Of a stretch of DNA of 64,000 nt, positions 1 through 11,371 are shown one piece after another. Every line of letters starts with the position of its first letter. The stretch's first letter is position 1. The position numbers and the translations under genes are program-made. A model generated the notes under the pieces. The model was not told the origin of the DNA. It saw only the letters and a program-made list of their open reading frames with translations, and did not search any database. Source of the stretch: Mobula hypostoma (Eukaryota); the NCBI RefSeq assembly GCF_963921235.1, contig NC_086108.1, forward strand, positions 7,998,001 to 8,062,000, in the 5' to 3' direction.

Positions 1-1785
1 GGAAGCGAAAGCTGAGCTTGATCAACTGGTAGACCACAAGGTGATAGCTCCGGTCCATGAACCTTCAAGGTGGCTTAGCCAGTTAGTGGTCGCAGAGAAA
101 AACGGCAATCTTTGTATATGCATTGACCCTCGACCATTGAGCAAAGCGCTGAGGAGAGAACACTGCCCCCTCCCAGTGATAGAGGACATTTTGCCAGATC
201 TTCACCAGGCTATGGTTTTCAGCAAGCTTGACAGGAGTTCTGCATTCTGGCAAGTGAAATTGGACAGTGAATCAAGCGTGCTCACCACTTTCAACACACC
301 TTTCGGGCGGTATAGATGGCTCAGACTCCTGTTTGGAACCAGCGTTTCATCAGAGATCTTCCAGCGCAGGCTGCATCAGGCGCTGGAAGGACTACTGGGA
401 GTGATCTGCGTCTCAGACGACATACTGGTGTACGGAAAAGGGGAAACGCAGGAAAAGGCAATCGCCGATCACGATGGGAAACTTGAGTAGCTATTACAGC
501 GTTGTGCAGGGCAGCATATCAGGCTCAACAAGAACAAATCTGTCTTCAGAGCGACAGATAACGTTTTTGGGGCATCTCATCACAAGTGAGGGACTTCAGC
601 CTGATGCTAGAAAGGTCGCTGACGTTCTCAACATGCCAGTACCTAAGGATGTGCAGGGAGTGCAGCGATTGATTGGATTTGTCAACTACCTGAGCCGTTT
701 TCTACCAAGTCTCTCAGATACCCTTGAGCCAATAAGACAGCTGACAAAGCCAGATTTAGCATGGGAGTGGTCAGCTGAGCAGCAAAACGCTGTCTCCAAC
801 ATCAAGCGGATGGTATGCGGAGCACCGGTGTTAGCATACTACAATTCTAAGGAAGAGCTGACCATCCAGTGTAACGCCAGCAACAAAGGCCTAGGGGCAG
901 CACTCCTCCAGAATGGACGTCCGATCGCATATGCAAGCAGAGCACTAACAGACACAGGAACGCGTTACGCAGCGACCGAAAAGGAAATGCTCACAATCGT
1001 TTTCACACTTGAGCGTTTTCATCAATACACTTTTGGCTGCTTCACGAGAACACTCAGTGATCACAAACTGCTCGAGATGATAGTTAAGAAGCCGTTGGTG
1101 AAGGTGCCAAAACGCCTACAGGGAATGCTTCTTCACCTGCAGGGCTATGACTTCAACATCACCTACTGTCAAGGAAAGCTCATGCACCTCGCGGATACGT
1201 TATCGCAAGCAGTTAGCGGTCCTCCAGGCCAGGAGAACAGCTTCGACAAAGTCAACATGCTATGGCACCTGTCAATCCGCGATGAGCGTCTGGAGCAGAT
1301 TCGCATAGAAACAGCGAAAGATGACACACTACAGACGTTGAAACGCGTAATCATCAGTGGATGGCCGAGCAAACGTGACGCGCTACCAGAGCAACTCACA
1401 CCTTACTATAGCTATAGGGCTGAGCCCGCACGGCTTCATCTTCAAAGGTGAGCGTGTCATCATTCCGCAAAGTGAGCCAAAGCAAATGAAGGAAAGAATT
1501 CATTCGTCACACTTGGGCGTAGAAGGAAGCCTCAGACGCGCACGCCAATCTCTTTTTGGCCGGGCATGAGCAGCGACATCAAGCAATATATTGCTACATG
1601 TGATATTTGTCGCACATACGAAATGAGTCAGCAGAAAGAATCGCTTATGAGTCATGAGGTACCTACTCGGCCGTGGGAATGACCTGTTTACATTCGCGGG
1701 AAAAGAGTAACTCGTCCCCATTGATTACTACAGCAATTTCTTCGAGGTAGATCTTCTTTGTGATACGACCAGCGCAGCGTAGCCC

Positions 1786-2522
1786 AACACAAGGCAGAGT
1801 ACAAAGTAAATGGCAGGATACTTGGTAGTGTGGAGGAGCAGTGGGATCTGGGGGTACATGTCCACAGATCCCTGAAAGTTGCCTCACAGGTGGATAGGGT
1901 AGTTAAGAAAGCTTATGGGGTGTTAGCTTTCATAAGTCGAGGGATAGAGTTTAAGAGTCGCGATGCAATGATGCAGCTCTATCAAACTCTGGTTAGGCCA
2001 CACTTGGAGTACTGTGTCCAGTTCTGGTCACCTCACTATAGGAAGGATGTGGAAGCACTGGAAAGGGTACAGAGGAGACTTACCAGGATGCTGCCTGGTT
2101 TAGAAAGTATGCATTATGATCAGAGATTAAGGGAGCTAGGGCTTTACTCTTTGGAGAGAAGGAGGATGAGAGGAGACATGATAGAGGTGTACAAGGTAAT
2201 AAGAGGAATAGATAGAGTGGACAGCCAGCGCCTCTTCCCCAGGGCACCACTGCTCAATACAAGAGGACATGGCTTTAAGGTGAGGGGTGGGAAGTTCAAG
2301 AGGGATATTAGAGGAAGGTTTTTTACTCAGAGAGTGGTTGGTGCGTGGAATGCACTGCCTGAGTCAGTGGTGGAGGCAGATACACTAGTGAAGTTTAAGA
2401 GACTACTAGACAGGTATATGGAGGAATCTAAGATGGGGGCTTATATGGGAGGCAGGGTTTGAGGGTCGGCACAACATTGTGGGCCGAAGGGCCTGTACTG
2501 TGCTGTACTATTCTGTGTTCTA
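1786..2522 (+). mobile_element. 5'-truncated CR1-type LINE inserted in the Gypsy integrase
   Basis: ORF 1830-2462 has the CR1 RT C-terminus ([15 protein letters not shown]...RVVGAWNALP) and a CR1-type 3' tail ending TTCTGTGTTCTA. The integrase resumes at 2523. Confidence 0.9.
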
Positions 2523-3230
2523 CAAGTGGTTAGTGAGAATGGCCCACAATACACGTCAGTGGAGTTTCACAGATTTGCACCAGAATGGGATTTTGAACAG
2601 TTGTGCAGCAGCCCCGGAAATATCAGAGCGAATGGAAAAGCTGGATCAGCAGTTAAAACAGCTAAGCAGATCCTCACAAAGAGCAACAAATCGCAAGCAG
2701 ATCCCTACCTCGCACTTCTAGACCATCGCAACACACCTTGGCAAGGGCTCAGCACCAGTCCTGCCCAGCGTTTGATGAATCACCACACATGCACGTTCCT
2801 GCCTACAACAGCAAGCTTACTGGAACCCAGAGCTGTACACGAACGTGAGCGTATGAAACAACGTGTCCAGCAGCAGGCCGACAATTACAACAAATCAGCC
2901 AAAGATCTTGCCCCACTCGACGAAAGGGATACCGTGCACATGCAGCCCCTGGTGCAAGGTACAAAGAATTGGGAGAAAGCACTTGTGTGTCGGCGCCTTG
3001 ATGAGTGTTCATAGGTAGTTCAAACCCCTTCTGGGACCTACCGACGTAATCGCATACACCTACGAAAGACGGCTGAGGATCCGCCTGAAAAGCTAATCGC
3101 TATGAACAGACAAAACCCGGTCAATCAACCGAGATCAATGACCACAGTGTGCCTACCGCATCAAATGCACACAGCCGAACGCTAGCAGAGGCTAATGACA
3201 CAACACAAACACTAACACAAGTGTTGAAAT

Positions 3231-4228
3231 TGTCACGGTCCGGTCCGGTCCGTTGTTCGTTGTTCCGGGGTTTCTGGTTTTCCCCAGTTTCTGTTGTGGG
3301 GCACAGGTTTCTCGTTTTGAGGCTGAGACATAACTACCTCTGCAAACCAGGGATTCCCTGCTGGACTGTCCTGTTCCCCTCCCTGTCTTTTCCCCCCTCG
3401 CCTGACTCTCTGCCTGGATACCTCACCTGCACCACTGTCAAGTTCAATCCCCATGCAGAAATGGAACTGTCTGTCGCTCTTCGGTGTTTCTCTCTTCTTG
3501 TCCTCGCCTCTGTGGGGTAGGTCAGGCTGTTCTGCCGTTGCCCTGCGGGGGGATCTGCCTTGTCTTGTCCTCACCTCCGTGGGGTAAGGCAGGCCGTTCT
3601 GCAGTTGCCCTGTGGGGGGACCTGTCTTGTCTTGTCTTGTCTTTGCCTCTGTTGGGTAAGTCCGGCCGTTCTGCCATTATCTGATGGATGGTCCTGTCCC
3701 ACCTTGTTGTGGAGATGAATCTGAGTCCCGGCTTGTCTAAGTATAAGTCCCGGCTCTATGTCTATATACTGTCCTGTCTCATGTTGGTGTCGTGTTAAAG
3801 ATGAGTCCCGGCTTTTCAAAGGATAAGTCCTGGCTCCATGTTGATGTACAGTTCCCAGTCTGTTTCTGAGCTCCAGCCTCCGCATTCCAAGACCCAAGAA
3901 CCCAGCCTGCAGCCTCAAGGCCCCAAGCCTGTCTCCAAGCCTCCAGCCTCAAGACCCCAAGCCTGTCTCCAAGCCTCCAGCCTCAAGTCCCCAGCCTCCA
4001 GTCCTGCAGTCATGTAATGTCCTTGCCTGGTTCTGGGACCCGAGCCCAAGGCAAGACCCAGGTCTGGGTCCTTGTCCAGACTCTGGCACGGGGTCCAAGC
4101 CCAAGTCTGCGTTCTTGTCCCTGCTCCTTGTCTGTATCCTGTCATGTCCCTCCTCTAGTCAAGTCCTGTTCCTTGTACTTCACTGTGTCTTGCATTTGGG
4201 CCCGCTCCCAGCGCCCCTCATTGTGACA
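3231..4228. mobile_element. Solo LTR-like insertion (998 bp)
   Basis: Termini TGTCAC...GTGACA are flanked by GAAAT (3226-3230) and GAAAC (4229-4233), a 5-bp TSD with one mismatch. No coding content. Confidence 0.75.
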
Positions 4229-4754
4229 GAAACATGCAAATAACAAACAACAGGACTCGGCTAAAACAGTAAAAACTCGTTCTGGCTGAACACTGAAAAG
4301 GAGACTTTGTCCCACATTGAATAATTGCATGAACAATTGAACAATAAGTCTGTGACACTATCTGGCATTTTAATGTCATGTTTATACTCAAAGAAGGACC
4401 ATGTCCTACTTGATGTTGTGTAGTTTGTAGTTTGAAGCGGAAGTTGAATTTTAGTATGTTTTATATTTTGTATATATGTGCATACAAACAGAAATAATGA
4501 GTGGTATGTATTTGTGACAGGCATAAGAGACATAAAGCATGATTAATGAATGCTTTGAAAGTTAGTTCCATGAAAATACACTGGAAAGCAGACTTCAGAG
4601 AAATTAATTGTTAATACAATTGTTCCTTTTCTTTGTTTCGATAAGAAGGGGGATGTTATGATATACTTGTACATGCACTCGTGAGCAGCCGGTTAAAGTT
4701 GGTGCACATGCACCGTTTTTATCTGAAATATCTGTCTCGAAACACCTTTCATGG

Positions 4755-6584
4755 TATGTGGGTTTCCTCCCACCTTCCAAAGACATACAGGCAAGGGTTA
4801 GAGAGTCGTGGGCGAGGGTTAGAGAGTTAAGGGTGAGGGTTAGAGAGTCGTGGGCGAGGGTTAGAGAGTTGTGGGCGAGGGTTGGAGAGTCATGGGCGAG
4901 GGTTGGAGAGTCGTGGGTGAGGGTTAGAGAGTTGTGGGCGAGGGTTGGAGAGTCGTGGGCGAGGGTTGGAGAGTCGTGGGTGAGGGTTAGAGAGTTGAGG
5001 GTGAGGGTTAGAGAGTCGTGGGCAAGGGTTAGAGAGTTGAGGGTGAGGGTTGGAGAGTCGTGGGCGAGGGTTGGAGAGTCATGGGCAAGGGTTAGAGAGT
5101 TGTGGGTGAGGATTAGAGAGTCGTGGGTGAGGGTTAGAGAGTTGAGGGTGAGGGTTAGAGAGTCGTGGGTGAGGGTTAGAGAGTTGAGGGTGAGGGTTAG
5201 AGAGTCGTGGGTGAGGGTTAGAGAATCGTGGGCGAGGGTTAGAGAGTTGAGGGTGAGGGTTGGAGAGTCGTGGGTGAGGGTTAGAGAGTTGTGGGTGAGG
5301 GTTAGAGAGTCGTGGGTGAGGGTTAGAGAGTTGTGGGTGAGGGTTAGAGAGTTGTGGGTGAGGATAGAGAGTTGAGGGTGAGGGTTAGAGAGTCGTGGGC
5401 GAGGGTTAGAGAGTTGTGGGTGAGGGTTGGAGAGTCGTGGGCGAGGGTTGGAGAGTCGTGGGCGAGGGTTAGAGAGTTGTGCGCGAGGGTTAGAGAGTCG
5501 TGGGTGAGGGTTAGAGAGTTGTGGGTGAGGGCTAGAGAGTCGTGGGCGAGGGTTAGAGAGTTGAGGGCGAGGGTTAGAGAGTTGTGGGCGAGGGTTAGAG
5601 AGTCGTGGGTGAGGGTTAGAGAGTTGTGCGCGAGGGTTAGAGAGTCATGGGCGAGGGTTGGAGAGAGTCATGGGCGAGGGTTAGAGAGTTGAGGGCGAGG
5701 GTTAGAGAGTTGTGGGCGAGGGTTAGAGAGTCGTGGGTGAGGGTTAGAGAGTTGAGGGCGAGGGTTAGAGAGTTGTGGGCGAGGGTTAGAGAGTCGTGGG
5801 TGAGGGTTGGAGAGAGTCATGGGCGAGGGTTAGAGAGTTGTGCGCGAGGGTTAGAGAGTCATGGGCGAGGGTTGGAGAGAGTCATGGGCGAGGGTTAGAG
5901 AGTTGTGGGTGAGGGTTAGAGAGTCGTGGGTGAGGATTAGAGAGTTGTGGGCGAGGGTTAGAGAGTTGTGGGTGAGGGTTAGAGAGTCGTGGGTGAGGGT
6001 TAGAGAGTTGTGGGCGAGGGTTAGAGAGTTGTGGGTGAGGGTTAGAGAGTTGAGGGTGAGGGTTAGAGAGTCGTGGGTGAAGGTTAGAGAGTTGTGGGCG
6101 AGGGTTAGAGAGTTGAGGGTGAGGGTTAGAGAGTTGAGGGTGAGGGTTAGAGAGTCGTGGGTGAAGGTTAGAGAGTTGTGGGCGAGGGTTAGAGAGTTGT
6201 GGGCGAGGGTTAGAGAGTTGAGGGTGAGGGTTAGAGAGTCGTGGGTGAAGGTTAGAGAGTTGTGGGTGAGGGTTAGAGAGTCGTGGGTGAAGGTTAGAGA
6301 GTTGTGGGCGAGGGTTAGAGAGTTGTGGGCGAGGGTTAGAGAGTTGAGGGTGAGGGTTAGAGAGTCGTGGGTGAAGGTTAGAGAGTTGTGGGTGAGGGTT
6401 AGAGAGTCGTGGGTGAAGGTTAGAGAGTTGTGGGCGAGGGTTAGAGAGTTGTGGGCGAGGGTTAGAGAGTTGAGGGTGAGGGTTAGAGAGTTGTGGGCAA
6501 GCTATGTTGATGCTGGACACATGGTGACACCACTTGCAGGCTGCCACCCCAGCATATTCTTAACTTGAACAACACATTTCACTG
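4755..6584 (+). mobile_element. SINE remnant hosting the 21-bp minisatellite; its tail resumes at 12285-12345
   Basis: V-SINE-like core GGGTTTCCTCCCAC...CCAAAGAC precedes the array; the SINE body continues after the array and after the Penelope TSD. Confidence 0.55.
4793..6498 (+). repeat. G-rich minisatellite, 21-bp unit (GAGGGTTAGAGAGTTGTGGGC variants), about 80 copies
   Basis: Directly visible tandem array; it explains the repetitive RVRESW/NPHPQLS ORFs. Confidence 0.97.
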
Positions 6585-6683
6585 CAAACAACAGGAATTC
6601 TGCAGATGCTGGAAATTCAAGCAACACACATCAAAGTTCCTGGTGAACGCAGCAGGCCAGGCAGCATCTCTAGGAAGAGGCGC

Positions 6684-6719
6684 AGTCGATGTTTCAGGCT
6701 GAGACCCTTCGTCAGGACT
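6684..6719 (-). ncRNA. Minimal type-I hammerhead ribozyme motif (Penelope pLTR)
   Basis: Minus strand reads AGTC-CTGACGA-AGG..CCT-GAAA-C-ATC-GACT: CUGANGA/GAAA core, stem II AGG/CCT, stem I AGTC/GACT. Confidence 0.7.
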
Positions 6720-7241
6720 AACTGAAGAAAGAGTGAGTAAGGGATTTGAAAGTTGGAGGGGGAGGGGGAGATCCAAAATGATAGGAGAAGACAGGAGGGG
6801 GAGGGATAGAGCCAAGAGCTGGACAGGTGATAGGCAAAAGGGATACGAGAGGATCATGGGACAGGAGGTCTGAGAAGAAACACCTTATAGTCCGTCTGGG
6901 TAGCCTCCAACCTGATGGCATGAACATCGACTTCTCTAACTTCCGCTAATGCCCCACCTCCCCCTCGTACCCCATCTGTTACTTATTTTTAAACACACAT
7001 TCTTTCTCTCACTCTCCTTTTTCTCCCTCTGGCCCTCTGAATATACCCCTTGCCCATCCTCTGGGTCCCCCCCCCCCGTCTTTCTTCTGAGACCTCCTGT
7101 CCCATGATCCTCTCGTATCCCTTTTGCCTATCACCTGTCCAGCTCTCGGCTCTATCCCTCCCCCTCCTGTCTTCTCCTATCATTTTGGATCTCCCCCTCC
7201 CCCTCCAGCTTTCAAATCCCTTACTCACTCTTCCTTCAGTT

Positions 7242-7277
7242 AGTCCTGACGAAGGATCTCGGCCTGAAACGACGACT
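7242..7277 (+). ncRNA. Hammerhead ribozyme motif with non-canonical GAC cleavage triplet
   Basis: AGTC-CTGACGA-AGGATCTCGGCCT-GAAA-C-GAC-GACT. Confidence 0.65.
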
Positions 7278-7291
7278 GCACCTCTTCCTAG

Positions 7292-8154
7292 TGTTACGTA
7301 CCCCGTAACTGGGTTGCCAAACCAGCAGAAATGGGTCACTCAGTTGGAGTCTGGAGTACTAGAACTAAGAAAGTTTTATTAAAGAAACAAGCAACACAGT
7401 AATCGAAAGGATAATAAATGCAACAGTTCAGCGATGATAAACACACATGTGCACAGAATTAAGATAACAGCATCAATCAAGCTCTATCGTTGTCTAGGGG
7501 TAAATGACCAAATTTCAAAGTGACTCAAAGTTCAGTCCAGTTTAGTAGTTCAGTTCGCAGTAATCGTTGCCATGGCGATGGACAACATGGGGGAAGAGAG
7601 AGAGAGAAAACAGGAACAACTGATCATTCAGACACGGCTTCACTCACAGACCGACGATATGGCTCACAAACAGCTTTTGGGCGGGTCCTTGGTGATGTCA
7701 CCTGAGGTCACCGACTGTGACCCCTCCTCCAGATGCGGTCGATCCTCTGCAGTGAACCCGGCACCCAGGCAAGGGCGGACACACACCGGGTTCCCGCTGA
7801 TCGTACCTTTCCACCCTGGTCGTTGTCTGATACTTCTCACCCACTCGTGAGAGGCGTACCGCTTCCAGGGTCTCGTTACCTCGGGTGGCGTGTGTGTTGC
7901 CTTAGCGAACCTGTCCCTTTTTATCCCCCTGCTGGGGTATCACCTATCCATCACTTCAAACAGTTCAAGGTTCAAAGGGGGGAGCCGCTCCAGACAGCTC
8001 TCTCTCCCCCGTCCCTTCATTACACATCTCCAGACGCTGCTCCATTGTTCCTTATTTCTCCTTCCCCTGAGGGCAGGTGGCAGACCACTTGCTGATGTCA
8101 CTGATGCTAACCTAGGCCAGCAAACATCTTAATTTTATGTGTATTCTTGTCACA
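7292..8154 (-). repeat. 3' LTR of the Gmr1-like element
   Basis: Direct repeat of 11372-12236; adjacent to the minus-strand PPT AAAAGGGGGGAAG. Confidence 0.95.
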
Positions 8155-8328
8155 CTTCCCCCCTTTTAAGGATTTTTACCGGGAGGTAAAAATTACAAAC
8201 ATGAATACATTATTTGATACATCCACAAATATACATCTTTATCAGCTATTTGGCTAACACAGCGAGTTTGAAGCTGTCAACACCTTGACAGACAGTCATC
8301 GCATTTTCTGTTCCTTTTACACGTGTTA

Positions 8329-9087
8329 TTAATAATCCCTTAGACCAGGCTCCAACTCAGCAAACTTCATAGTGGCCAAAAACACTGATGAATTGCGACC
8401 ATTGTAACCTCTCATTTGGTTATGTCCCGGACCACAATAACAAGGGTCGTCCCATTCCGACTCAGTTTTCTCTCGCAAGGGCTTAGTAGGAGGGGGACGG
8501 GTATTGACCGCAGAGTTATTGCAAAACTTCCTGCAGTACCCCACCATCTCCAAGAGCCTTCTGAGGGCCCTCTTGTCTGTCGGGGTTGGGAGGTCAGCGA
8601 TAGCCTGCACTGTAGCTTGCATCACTGCCAGCTGCCCCTGTGTCACCACAATTCCCAGGTAAGTGGCCCTCGTGTGGCCGAATTCATTTTTTTCAAGGTT
8701 CACTATCAAGCTGGCTTCAGACAGCCATATTAAATTGCCAATACACACCTCTGTGTTCATCAGCCCTTTAGTCACTGAATTACTCATTATATATGCATGT
8801 TGTTTACTAGGCTGCCCTATTGTAACAGACATCACCCAACGTCCCAGTTCTTTGCATTGCCTCGGGACAATCAAACACACGGGTGGGAGTCGTTTAATTA
8901 CTTCTCCTAAAGAGTCGCTTTGTTCGGGGATTAAGGGAGAGACCTTATCAATAGACCTGGCTAGAACAATAGCCTTCTCCCATCTGATCGATCCCATCCT
9001 AATCTTTTCAAAATGTTTTTTTCCTCTTATCAGGGGGCCCCTAGCTTCATTGATTTCCACGCTAACATCGACTAGGTTTGTTAGCAT
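8329..9087 (-). pseudogene. Eroded pol remnant (RT thumb region) of the Gmr1-like element
   Basis: LSEASLIVNLEKNEFG...TYLG...PTPTDKRALRRLLEMVGYCRKF resembles a Gypsy RT C-terminus; the catalytic YxDD core is absent. Confidence 0.7.
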
Positions 9088-9107
9088 ATCAAAAGCCGGT
9101 GACCGTC

Positions 9108-11273
9108 TCAGTTCGCGTCGGTCATGATCAATAACATTTTTCCCCCGGGCAGCCGGTACATCTCTTTCACGATTCCACCAACTGTTTCCTCCAGCACCGC
9201 AAAATGTCCACCGGGGGGTACCTCGTGGGCCATGTTAAAAACCTCATCCCCATAACTCTTTTGCACCACCCCCCACTCCTCATCTGCGGATACTGTACTT
9301 GATTTCCCTTTTAGCACTTCCTCCTCCGCACAATAGCCTACTAGTTCCCTTGTCAAGGCTGTGTCAGAGAGAGCGGTCTCTGACAAAACCATCAGCCCCT
9401 CGTCTCGCTCCTGCGTCTGCACAAATTCTTTCCTGGCTACTGCTACGTCCGTCCCAGCTCCCTCACTACCTCTTGTCTCACTACACCCCGTTTCATACAA
9501 GGTTGGCAGAAACGTTTCAGCTAAATTCACTATCGCGGGCCCGTGATGAACCTGTGAGTCCATGGGCGGGGCCTCCATGCTGGCAGGCTGACCCGTCAAT
9601 CTCACGACTGGGAACACGATTCCTCCGGCGAGGTCATTACCGAGCAAGACTTCCACGCCTTTCATCGGTAATTCGGACCTCACCCCGATCGTGACTAGTC
9701 CAGAGACCAGGTTGCTTTGTAAGTGTATCTGGTGCAAAGGGACTGACTCTGTCCCTTCCCCAACACCTTTGACCTCTACCTCCCCAGTCTGGGTCTCTGA
9801 GCTAAACTCTAATACACTCTTCAGTATTAGTGACTGACACGCTCCCGTGTCTCTCCAGATCCGCACTGGAACTGGTTTTAACCTCTTTTTCACTGACACC
9901 AGTCCGGCCGAGATAAACCTCTCGCGCCCTTCCTGGACTTTTTCAGACCTGTCCTTCCCTAGCGGTTCGCTTAACAGCTCGATACAGCCATTCAACATTG
10001 CCGTTTTTCCTTTTCCCGTCTCCTTCCTTGGGGCAAAGCACCTGGACGCAAAGTGTCCGGCTTTCCCACAATTATAACAGACGACCCCAGGAGACTTCCT
10101 ACCAGACTGCTCCCGGTCTACCTTATCCTTTTCACTAGTCCCCGGCTTACTTTCTGACTTTTCCGGCGGACTCTCCCCGCCGTCCTGACTACCCTTCTGG
10201 TAGCCTTTACTCGGGGCAAACTTCATTTTATGCGTCAACGCATACTCATCCGCTAACTTAGCAGTTGCGGCTAACGTGGCTGCCTCTTTCTCATCGATGT
10301 AGGGTCTCATACCCTCAGGGACACAACCTTTAAACTGCTCAATCAGGATCAGTTGTAGCAGTCTGTCATAATCCCCCTCTACCCCCTTCGAGGCGCACCA
10401 ACGCTCACAATATGTTTGCATCTCACGGGCAAACTCCAAATACGTGCGGTCCCACTGTTTCCTCGCATTCCGGAACCTCTGCCGGTATGCCTCCGGGACC
10501 AACTCATAAATCCTGAGGATGGCCTCTTTCACCACCTCATACCTCTGGGCATCTTCCGTGGACAAAGCTGAGTAAGCTTCTTGGGCCTTCCCTTTCAGTA
10601 CACTCTGAAGTAAAACAACCCACTTATCCCTCGGCCAGTCCTGACTTATAGCCACTTTTTCGAAGTGGAGGAAGTACCGATCCACGTCGGTATCGTCAAA
10701 TGGGGGAACCAGCCTAACCTCCTGGGTCGCCCGGAACCCTCCACCTTGGTTCGGCATGAGCCCTTGCTCGGCCCTTATCTTTAACTTCTCCAGCTCAAAT
10801 TCCCTTTCCCTCTGTTTCTCCTCTCTCTCCAACTGTCTGTCCCTCTCTCTCTCTTCTCTCTCCAACTGTCTGTCCCTCTCTTTCTCTTCTCTCTCCAACT
10901 GTCTTTCTCTCTCTTGCCTTTCTACATCTTTCTCTTTCTCCCGCCTTTCTAACTCTCTCTCTTGCCTTTCTAACTGCTTCTCTTCATGTTCTAACTGCCG
11001 TACCCGGAACTCGTGCTCGAGTCTCAGTTTTTCAAGCTGCACCTGTACCTCGTCTCCAGCAGGTTTTTCAATAGACACCACCCCCAGCTCACCTTGGGGA
11101 AACACACCTTTAGATACATAGTGCTCTACAATAGCTCTGTGTATCTCCTCTCTCCTCATTGTCGACTTCACCTTAGCAAGATTCAACCGTTTTGCCACAG
11201 CTATCAATTCCGATTTCCTGGCATCCTCTAATGCCTCCAAGGTTGGCGCCTTTATAAATTCCTCAGCCTCCAT
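9108..11273 (-). CDS. Gag-protease polyprotein (coiled coil, SCAN-like capsid, CCHC knuckle, aspartic protease, integrase N-terminal remnant), 721 aa
   Basis: Open ORF with an E/R-rich coiled coil, PEAYRQRFR...LILIEQF (SCAN-like), CYNCGKAGHFASRC, RDTGA and AHEVPPGGH. Confidence 0.85.
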   Translation of the reverse strand: MEAEEFIKAPTLEALEDARKSELIAVAKRLNLAKVKSTMRREEIHRAIVEHYVSKGVFPQGELGVVSIEKPAGDEVQVQLEKLRLEHEFRVRQLEHEEKQLERQERELERREKEKDVERQERERQLEREEKERDRQLEREERERDRQLEREEKQREREFELEKLKIRAEQGLMPNQGGGFRATQEVRLVPPFDDTDVDRYFLHFEKVAISQDWPRDKWVVLLQSVLKGKAQEAYSALSTEDAQRYEVVKEAILRIYELVPEAYRQRFRNARKQWDRTYLEFAREMQTYCERWCASKGVEGDYDRLLQLILIEQFKGCVPEGMRPYIDEKEAATLAATAKLADEYALTHKMKFAPSKGYQKGSQDGGESPPEKSESKPGTSEKDKVDREQSGRKSPGVVCYNCGKAGHFASRCFAPRKETGKGKTAMLNGCIELLSEPLGKDRSEKVQEGRERFISAGLVSVKKRLKPVPVRIWRDTGACQSLILKSVLEFSSETQTGEVEVKGVGEGTESVPLHQIHLQSNLVSGLVTIGVRSELPMKGVEVLLGNDLAGGIVFPVVRLTGQPASMEAPPMDSQVHHGPAIVNLAETFLPTLYETGCSETRGSEGAGTDVAVARKEFVQTQERDEGLMVLSETALSDTALTRELVGYCAEEEVLKGKSSTVSADEEWGVVQKSYGDEVFNMAHEVPPGGHFAVLEETVGGIVKEMYRLPGGKMLLIMTDAN

Positions 11274-11349
11274 TTCTGCTGTTTGTCTTTTCTTTCTTTC
11301 GGGAATTTTAACCCAATCAATTTACTCCGTCCCAAATTTAGCGTTCAAA

Positions 11350-11367
11350 ATCGCGGACAAGCCCCCA
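11350..11367 (-). promoter_or_regulatory. Primer-binding site, tRNA-Pro-like
   Basis: TGGGGGCTTGTCCGCGAT 4 nt inside the 5' LTR, versus canonical PBS-Pro TGGGGGCTCGTCCGGGAT. Confidence 0.85.
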
Positions 11368-11371
11368 CTTA

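Larger units (their letters stand above)
1..4751 (+). mobile_element. Degenerate Ty3/Gypsy LTR retrotransposon, 3' part (RT-RNaseH-integrase, 3'UTR, PPT, short putative 3' LTR); runs off the left edge
   Basis: ORF pieces 41-490 (RT, SDD-type motif), 474-1451 (thumb/RNase H), ~1420-1780 (integrase HHCC) and 2526-3014 (VSENGPQY core) are broken by frameshifts and stops. Purine tract AAGAAGGGGGA at 4643-4653 precedes TGTTATG at 4654. Confidence 0.85.

Noticed and set aside
4793..6498. Interstitial telomeric repeat
   Set aside because: There is only one GGGTTAG per 21-bp unit and no tandem TTAGGG; the unit is continuous with SINE sequence.
4758..6568. Long R/V/E/W-rich ORFs
   Set aside because: They are translations of a 21-bp (3n) minisatellite that lacks stops, not genes.
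7520..8132. Repeated short ORFs also seen at 11600-12214 and 30244-30804
   Set aside because: They are incidental frames in three copies of the same LTR.
9108..11273. Domesticated SCAN/Gag host gene or endogenous retrovirus
   Set aside because: It is still bounded by LTRs, PBS, PPT and TSD, has no env, and shows Gmr1-type domain order.
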